64,000 bases of DNA, taken from an uncultured Acidimicrobiaceae bacterium. GTDB taxonomy: Bacteria; Actinomycetota; Acidimicrobiia; Acidimicrobiales; Bog-793. Where the stretch lies: assembly GCA_963801185.1 (NCBI GenBank), contig CAWDDW010000003.1:412893-476892 (forward strand), written 5' to 3'. Positions 58,095-64,000 of this stretch are shown piece by piece. A program made the translations under genes and the position numbers. Position 1 is the first letter of the stretch; every line of letters starts with the position of its first letter. The notes below the pieces were generated by a model that saw nothing but the letters and a program-made list of their open reading frames with translations, did no database searches and had not been told where the DNA came from.

Positions 58095-59318
58095 ATGACC
58101 CATCCGCGGCCGGCGTTTCGCTCGCTCGGCGCCGTGGCACTGATCGCCACGGCCAGCCTTGCGATCGCCACGGCGGCGTGTTCGTCGAGCTCGGCACCGA
58201 CGACGAAGCCGGCTGGCGCGTCCTCCTCGAGCACAACGCTGGCGACCACTTCGATCAGCGAGCAGGCTGTGATCTCGCAGGCCTTCTCCTCACCGCGCCA
58301 GCGGAGCGACAGCACAGGCACGATCTGGCTGTGCCGCCCCGGGTTGGCGAACGACCCGTGCGCCGGCGACATACAGGTGACATCCGTCGATGCCTCGGGC
58401 GCCCACGAGCTCGTCCCGGGTACCTCGGGAGCGGGCGCGGATGGGATGAAGAAGGTCGACTGTTACTACGTGTACCCGACGGTCAGCGAGGAGAGCGGCG
58501 AGAACGCCGACCTCACCGTCCAGAGCAACGAGATCGGGACCGCGCGGCTCCAGGCTGCTCAGTTCAGCCGTGACTGCAACGTGTGGGCACCGATGTACCG
58601 CCAGGTCACGGTAGGAGGGCTGTCGAACCCGGGCGATGCTGCCGGACCGCAGCTGGCGTTCCGCAGCGCGCTGGCGGGTTTCGAGGACTACCTCGATCAC
58701 TTCAACAACGGGCGTCCCGTTGTGCTCATAGGTCACTCGCAGGGTGCCGCCATGGTGATCCGGCTGCTCCAGGCGACGATGGACAAGCAGGCGAGCCTGC
58801 GCAAGCTGCTCGTCTCGGCGATCATCCTCGGGGGCAACGTCGTGGTACCGACCGGGAAGCTTGTCGGAGGCTCGTTCCAGCACATTCCCCCTTGCCGATC
58901 GGCGACGCAGACGGGATGTGTGATCGCGTACTCGAGCTTCTTGCAGACTCCGCCGTCGGACACGCTCTTCGGCAAGGCGGGCGAGGGCGTCAGCTTCTTG
59001 TCCGGTCAAACCCAGAGCGCCGGGCTGCAGGTGGTGTGCACGAATCCCGCCTCCCTCGGGGGAGGTACCGGCTCGCTGCTCCCGATCTTCACCAACGGCC
59101 CCTCGTACGTCGAGTATCCGGATCTCTACAGCGCGAGCTGCAAGCACGTCGGTGACACCACGTGGCTGCAGGTGAACATCGTCGCCAGACCGGGCGATAC
59201 CCGCCCGACCGTGACCGAGCAGCTCGGGCCGCAGTGGGGCCTTCACCTCTACGACGTCAACATGTCGCTCGGCAATCTGGTGCAGGTTGTGGCCGACGAG
59301 ATCGACTCGTTCGGGTGA
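58095..59318 (+). CDS. secreted DUF3089-like alpha/beta hydrolase lipoprotein
   Basis: The signal and lipobox are [20 protein letters not shown]. The motifs are [17 protein letters not shown] and LIGHSQGA. Confidence 0.7.
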   Translation: MTHPRPAFRSLGAVALIATASLAIATAACSSSSAPTTKPAGASSSSTTLATTSISEQAVISQAFSSPRQRSDSTGTIWLCRPGLANDPCAGDIQVTSVDASGAHELVPGTSGAGADGMKKVDCYYVYPTVSEESGENADLTVQSNEIGTARLQAAQFSRDCNVWAPMYRQVTVGGLSNPGDAAGPQLAFRSALAGFEDYLDHFNNGRPVVLIGHSQGAAMVIRLLQATMDKQASLRKLLVSAIILGGNVVVPTGKLVGGSFQHIPPCRSATQTGCVIAYSSFLQTPPSDTLFGKAGEGVSFLSGQTQSAGLQVVCTNPASLGGGTGSLLPIFTNGPSYVEYPDLYSASCKHVGDTTWLQVNIVARPGDTRPTVTEQLGPQWGLHLYDVNMSLGNLVQVVADEIDSFG

Positions 59319-59471
59319 CCCGATTGCGCCGGCAGTCCTTCCGGACCCGGCGGCCGGGGAGCCTGCGGAGCGGCCAAATCGCGGGTCGCCCGGCACGACG
59401 GCTGCCACGCTGGTACGTTCGCTGCGGGGCGGGTGGCGGCCCCTCTGCCCCCGGGGCCCCGCCCGCTCTCA

Positions 59472-60503
59472 TCAACCGAAGAAAACCTCAGCCACCGACT
59501 CGAAGAGTTCCTTGTCGAGCGTCTTCAGTTGCGCGACCGCTTCCGCGATCGGAACCCGCTCGATCCTCGCCCCGTGGAGCGCCACCATCTCGTTCCAGGC
59601 GCCGTCGTGCACCGCGTCGACGGCCGCAGTCCCGAACCGCGTGGCGAGCACTCGGTCGAACGCGCTCGGCGTCCCGCCGCGCTGAACATGCCCGAGGATG
59701 GTGACCCGCGCTTCGAACCCGACTCGTTTCTCGATCTCCTCGGCGACGGTGTTGCCGATGCCACCGAGCCGGGGATGGCCGAACTGGTCGATCTCGGGCG
59801 AGGCGACCGAGAGCGTGCCCTCGGCCGGCAGGGCCCCCTCGGCCGTCACGACGATGGAGGCGAAGCGACCCTTCGAGTGGCGATGCACCAAGTACGCGCA
59901 GACGGCGTCGATGTCGAAGGGCTCCTCGGGCACGAGGATGGCCGTCGCTCCGCCGGCGATGCCCGAGTAGGTGGCGATCCACCCGGCGTGGCGGCCCATG
60001 ACCTCGCAGACGATCACCCGGTTGTGCGACTCGGCAGTCGTGTGCAAGCGGTCTATCGCCTCGGCGGCTATCTGGACGGCCGTATCGAAGCCGATCGTCA
60101 CATCCGTGGCGGACAGGTCGTTGTCGATCGTCTTCGGGATGCCCACTACGTGCACTCCTGACGCACCGAGCTGGTTCGCAACACCGAGCGTGTCCTCGCC
60201 GCCTATTGCGACCAGAGCGTCGATGCCGTCCCGCTCGAGCGTCGCGATCACTTGTTGAGGGCCGCCGTCGATCCTGAAGGGATTCGTCCGTGAGGTACCG
60301 AGGATCGTGCCCCCTCGGGGGAGGATGCCGCGGCACCGCTGGACGTCGAGCGGCATGCTTTCGCCATCGATGAGGCCGCGCCAGCCGTCGAGGTAGCCGA
60401 CCACCTCGTCATCGTGACCAACCTCGCACTTGCGCACGACTGCCCGGATCGCTGCATTCAATCCCGGACAGTCACCGCCGCCTGTGAGCACTCCGACGCG
60501 CAT
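59472..60503 (-). CDS. pfk: 6-phosphofructokinase, PfkA family (sequence signature suggests PPi dependence)
   Basis: The motifs are MRVGVLTGGGDCPGLNAAIRAVV, IGGEDT, GIPKTIDND and MGRHAG. Confidence 0.9.
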   Translation of the reverse strand: MRVGVLTGGGDCPGLNAAIRAVVRKCEVGHDDEVVGYLDGWRGLIDGESMPLDVQRCRGILPRGGTILGTSRTNPFRIDGGPQQVIATLERDGIDALVAIGGEDTLGVANQLGASGVHVVGIPKTIDNDLSATDVTIGFDTAVQIAAEAIDRLHTTAESHNRVIVCEVMGRHAGWIATYSGIAGGATAILVPEEPFDIDAVCAYLVHRHSKGRFASIVVTAEGALPAEGTLSVASPEIDQFGHPRLGGIGNTVAEEIEKRVGFEARVTILGHVQRGGTPSAFDRVLATRFGTAAVDAVHDGAWNEMVALHGARIERVPIAEAVAQLKTLDKELFESVAEVFFG

Positions 60504-60555
60504 GTCGCCTCCTTCGGCCAGACCTACGTCATGGTCCCATACAGACGGGCACCCC

Positions 60556-61491
60556 CTACACGAAGGGCATCACGTGGTCCGCGACGTACGCGACGTGGTC
60601 GAGATCGGTGAGGTCGAGGACCTGCAAGTAGGCCCGGGACGCGCCGGCGGCGGCGTACGACTGCAGGCAGGCGATCACCTCGTCGGGGGTGCCGGCGGCG
60701 CCGTGTGCCCGCAGCTCGGGCGGCTCGCGCCCGATCGCCCGCGAGCGCCGCTCGACCTCCGCCTCGTCGGCTCCGCAGCACAGCACGAGCGCGACGGACC
60801 GGCGAAGCGACGAGGGGTCCCGCCCGATTCGCTCGCACGCCTCGTCGGCAAGCCCGTAGAGCCGGGCGCAGTGGTCGGCCGCAGCGAACGGCACATTGAG
60901 CTCATCCGCGTAACGGGCAGCCAACTCAGGAGTGCGCCGCTGCCCGTGACCGCCGACGATGACAGGTGGCCGAGGCTCTTGCATCGGCTTCGGGAGCGCA
61001 GGGCTCGACTCCAGCTGATAGTGCTTGCCGGCAAAGGAATAGGTCTCCCCGGCCTTCGTCTCCCAGAGCCCCGTGATGATCTCGAGCTGTTCGGTCAGCC
61101 GTTCGAAACGCTCGCCGAGCCCTGGGAACGGAATCCCGTAGGCACGGTGCTCCGCCTCGAACCAGCCCGCGCCGAGACCTAGCTCGACGCGGCCGCCGCT
61201 CATCGCGTCGACCTGTGCAACCGAGATCGCGAGCGGGCCGGGAAGGCGGAAGGTGGCCGCCGTCAGCAAGGTACCGAGCCGGATCCGCTCGGTGTCACGA
61301 GCGAGCCCTGCAAGGGTCACCCAGGCATCGGTCGGGCCGGGGCCCGGGCCGGAGCTGCCCATGTGCAAGAAGTGGTCCGAGCGGAAGAAAGCGTCGTACC
61401 CCGTGGACTCCGCCACGCGGGCAACCGCCAGCAGCTGGTCGTAGGTGGCGCCCTGTTGCGGCTCGGTGAAAATTCGCAGTTGCATGCTCAC
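60556..61491 (-). CDS. LLM-class (luciferase-like) probable F420-dependent oxidoreductase
   Basis: The motifs are LRIFTEPQQGATYDQLLAVARVAESTGYDAFFRSDHF and GRVELGLGAGW. The ORF is 311 aa. Confidence 0.8.
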   Translation of the reverse strand: MSMQLRIFTEPQQGATYDQLLAVARVAESTGYDAFFRSDHFLHMGSSGPGPGPTDAWVTLAGLARDTERIRLGTLLTAATFRLPGPLAISVAQVDAMSGGRVELGLGAGWFEAEHRAYGIPFPGLGERFERLTEQLEIITGLWETKAGETYSFAGKHYQLESSPALPKPMQEPRPPVIVGGHGQRRTPELAARYADELNVPFAAADHCARLYGLADEACERIGRDPSSLRRSVALVLCCGADEAEVERRSRAIGREPPELRAHGAAGTPDEVIACLQSYAAAGASRAYLQVLDLTDLDHVAYVADHVMPFV

Positions 61492-61560
61492 CGTCTAGCG
61501 GCGCGGAACCCGCAGCCGGGCCAGGTGCCCGAGGCCGTCCTCACCGCTTGAGCGTTGGTC

Positions 61561-62205
61561 TCAGGAGCCGGCGGGGAACCCGGAAAGACCGGCGTCGAGC
61601 TCGACGCGGAGCGTGTTCAGCGTCATTGCGACGAGGTGATAGTGCCCGACGAGCATGGGCAGCTCGATGAGCTGAGCCGTGTCGTATCTCGCCGCAAGTG
61701 CCAACCAGGTGTCGTCCGTGATCGAATACCGGGCGTGCAGCTCGTCAGCAGCCCGGAGCAGCGTCGCGTCGAAGGGATCCCACCCGGCCGCATCGGGGCC
61801 GTCCACGACCCTTCCTATCTCGCTGGGGGTAAGCCCGCATCGCCCGCCGATCACCACGTGCTGGGCCCACTCGTACTCGGCCTGGCAGTTCCAACCGGTC
61901 CTGAGGATCACGAGCTCGCGCTCCCGCGGAGGGATCTTGCCGTTCAGGAGCTTCCCGCCGAACGGAAGCCACCGGCGGAACACCCCCTCGGCGCGAACCA
62001 ATGTCGCGAAGATGTTGGCATCAGGCCCTGTGCCGGCCTGGGCCTGATCAAGCAGCTCGCGCACGGTCCCGACCCGCTCCTCAACCGGAACCGGCGCGAT
62101 CCGGGGACCCCTCGTGCTCGGGGATCCGACTCCGCTCTCGGGCACGTCATTCATCGAGTCGTGAGGCATCGCGAAATGTGAGCACAGACCGAGCCCTCGA
62201 GCCAA
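61561..62205 (-). CDS. carboxymuconolactone decarboxylase (AhpD-like) family protein
   Basis: The motif is PRERELVILRTGWNCQAEYEWAQHVVIGGRCGLT. An alternative start is MPHDSMN at 62169. Confidence 0.75.
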   Translation of the reverse strand: MARGLGLCSHFAMPHDSMNDVPESGVGSPSTRGPRIAPVPVEERVGTVRELLDQAQAGTGPDANIFATLVRAEGVFRRWLPFGGKLLNGKIPPRERELVILRTGWNCQAEYEWAQHVVIGGRCGLTPSEIGRVVDGPDAAGWDPFDATLLRAADELHARYSITDDTWLALAARYDTAQLIELPMLVGHYHLVAMTLNTLRVELDAGLSGFPAGS

Positions 62206-62222
62206 ACGGAGATTCGCTAGCA

Positions 62223-64000
62223 GTGACCGGCTCGCTTGACCCGGACCAGGTAGACGCGCGCGTCCACCGGCCGACCGACCTGCTCGCGGCGATTGTCGCT
62301 GTGACAGTGCTGGCGCTCGCCCTGCTGGCGGCGCACTTGCTGCCCGGCACTGCCGAGACGCTCACCCGGCGGGTGGCAAGTGCCGTACGCCACCTCCCTC
62401 GGATCCTCGTGTTCGCATGTGGAGGCATCGCCGCCCTGTCGGCACTGGCGCTGCTCGTGACGATCGCCTTCTCGCTCGCGCGCCGCCGGCGCGGGGACGG
62501 CGTGAACGCGATCGTGAGCGGCCTCGCCACCATGTTCCTCGGCATCGGCCTCATCGCCGACTGGCACACGTTCCCGGGCGGCATCGCGACGGCGATGCTC
62601 TACCGGACCGACGGCTCCACCCTCGTCCGCGACGCAGTGATCGTCGCCCTCGTGACCGGCTCCGATACCGCCCGCTACTCGGGATGGGGGCGCTACTGCA
62701 CCATCGTCGTGAGCGCCGTGCTCGTGACCGGGCTGGCGCTCGACGAGATCACCCTCTTCGGCGTCCTCGTGGCAGCCCTCGTCGGATACTCAGCAGGCCT
62801 CCTCACTCGTTTCGCTCGTCGCGCCACCGTTAGCCGGCCGAGTGTGGAGTCGCTCGTGCGGGGACTGCGCCGGGCGGGGGTGGATGTGAAGAGCCTCGAG
62901 CGGCTCGATGACGACGGGCACGAGTTGACGGGTTCCCTCGCCGACGGCCGGCAGATCGTCCTGCAGGCGTCCGGTCGTGAGGTGCACGGAGCCGGCGCGA
63001 TCCTCCGGCTCTGGTCGGTCGTTCGCTTGCGCAGCGCGGCAACCGGACGGCAGCCGATCAGCCTCAGGGCGGCGCTCGAGACCGAGGCGCTCGCGAGCCT
63101 GATGGCCTCCAATACCGGCGTCGTCGCGCCTCGCGTGTTGCTGCTCGCCCACTTCGAGCCCGACACGCTCGTGCTCGCCCGCGAGAGGCTCGACGGCCGG
63201 ACTCTCGACGACGGGGCGACATCCGACGAGGTCGAGAGGCTCTTCGGTTCCCTTCGGCGGCTGCACGAGATCGGAGTAGCCCATCGGGACCTCCGGGCGG
63301 AGAACCTCCTCTGCGACACGGGCGACGGCCAGGTCGGGTTCCGGTCGCTCGAGAGCGCCGTCGTGGGCGCGGGCGAGCTGGTGCGCCGGCTCGACCTCGC
63401 CCAGATGCTGACCTCGGCCGCCTCGGTCCTCGGCGCCGGGCAGGCCGTCGCGGCCATGCGTGCGGGGTACCAACCGAACGACGAGCAGTCGATCGCTGCC
63501 ATCTTGCAACCGCTCGCGCTGAGGAGCTGGGGTTGGACCGAGATGCGCGAAGCTCGCGCCGGCCTCGCCGACGTCCGCCGCGAGCTCATCGGCGAGAGCA
63601 CGGCCGACATCCCGGAGGTCCAACTCGCGCGTTTCCGCTGGCGCACCGTGGCGGTGGTGATCGCGGCAGTAGTTGCTGCGTTTCTGTTGGTAGGCCAGTT
63701 GTCGCGGGTGAACCTGATCGGCGCCCTGCGGCGCGCTGACTGGACCTGGTTCCTCGTGGCGATCCTGGGCTCGGCGGTCACCTATCTCGGGTCGGCCTTG
63801 AACCTGCTCGCCTTCGTCCCGGCGCGTGTGTCGGTCCTGAAGGGGACCCTCGTCGAGCTGTCGGGCGCGTTCTTCGGGCTCGTGACGCCACCGACGGTCG
63901 GCCACGTCGCCGTGAACGGCCGTTTCCTTCACAAGCAAGGGATCGACTCCGCCGTCACGGCGACGGCACTCGGTCTTTCGCAGCTCGTCAACTTCATCAC
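62223..64000 (+). CDS. membrane protein: N-terminal TM region + kinase-like domain + lysyl-PG-synthase/flippase-like TM domain (runs off the right edge)
   Basis: Absent from the ORF track because there is no stop in the window. My translation from the GTG at 62223 gives about 5 TM helices. A kinase-like core follows, with RLHEIGVAHRDLRAENLL. Then come TM helices, WRTVAVVIAAVVAAFLLVGQLSRVNL...WTWFLVAILGSAVTYLGSALNLLAF..., typical of the LPG_synthase_TM (flippase-like) family. An alternative GTG start is at 62178. Confidence 0.7.
   Translation, partial: MTGSLDPDQVDARVHRPTDLLAAIVAVTVLALALLAAHLLPGTAETLTRRVASAVRHLPRILVFACGGIAALSALALLVTIAFSLARRRRGDGVNAIVSGLATMFLGIGLIADWHTFPGGIATAMLYRTDGSTLVRDAVIVALVTGSDTARYSGWGRYCTIVVSAVLVTGLALDEITLFGVLVAALVGYSAGLLTRFARRATVSRPSVESLVRGLRRAGVDVKSLERLDDDGHELTGSLADGRQIVLQASGREVHGAGAILRLWSVVRLRSAATGRQPISLRAALETEALASLMASNTGVVAPRVLLLAHFEPDTLVLARERLDGRTLDDGATSDEVERLFGSLRRLHEIGVAHRDLRAENLLCDTGDGQVGFRSLESAVVGAGELVRRLDLAQMLTSAASVLGAGQAVAAMRAGYQPNDEQSIAAILQPLALRSWGWTEMREARAGLADVRRELIGESTADIPEVQLARFRWRTVAVVIAAVVAAFLLVGQLSRVNLIGALRRADWTWFLVAILGSAVTYLGSALNLLAFVPARVSVLKGTLVELSGAFFGLVTPPTVGHVAVNGRFLHKQGIDSAVTATALGLSQLVNFI

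Noticed and set aside
1-64000. CRISPR arrays, IS elements or transposases, integrases, prophage genes, rRNA and known riboswitch classes.
   Set aside because: I looked for regularly spaced repeats, terminal inverted repeats, DDE or tyrosine-recombinase motifs and rRNA-like conserved stretches and found none. Riboswitch recognition by eye is unreliable, so absence is not proven.

Overview
This is a very GC-rich, densely coding stretch that looks like an actinobacterial chromosome. The evidence is a WhiB-family regulator, a GlnR-type orphan regulator beside two glutamine synthetases, an F420/LLM-type oxidoreductase, LAL and NarL regulators, and GTG/TTG starts with 4-nt start/stop overlaps. I support about 55 protein genes and one tRNA-Pro(CGG). 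I see no rRNA, CRISPR array, transposase, integrase or phage genes.

Gene content, left to right:
- a MacB-type ABC exporter
- a roughly 1,830-codon single-chain acyl-CoA carboxylase (BC-BCCP-CT)
- an orphan molybdopterin (XDH/CoxL-like) large subunit
- MFS exporters
- two large c-di-GMP turnover proteins
- a secreted PLD, an M16 peptidase pair and MBL hydrolases
- a lower-GC accessory patch around tRNA-Pro: a LAL regulator, a small HTH protein, three orphan secreted/membrane ORFs and an Xre/DUF2384-RES toxin-antitoxin pair
- the actinobacterial block of WhiB4/WblA-like gene, paired ArsA/Get3-like ATPases, Nudix, MBL and RidA, here with Mrp and HesB Fe-S carrier genes
- GlnR plus two divergent glutamine synthetase genes
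- dienelactone hydrolases and a flavodoxin-like gene
- a NarL-type two-component pair
- a glutaredoxin-like/thioredoxin-reductase fusion
- a phosphofructokinase with the PPi-type signature
- a TM/kinase-like/flippase-like fusion running off the right edge

The most striking sequence-level observation is 12 single-nucleotide frame breaks. They split 7 otherwise well-conserved genes and sit mostly in short homopolymer runs. This looks more like assembly indel error than gene decay, but it must be checked against reads.

I found no convincing new multi-gene system. The best candidates for follow-up are the orphan three-gene cassette next to tRNA-Pro and the four-gene ArsA-ArsA-receiver-CBS/CorC operon divergent from whiB.

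All family calls come from motifs I recognise in the translations. No database search was possible.
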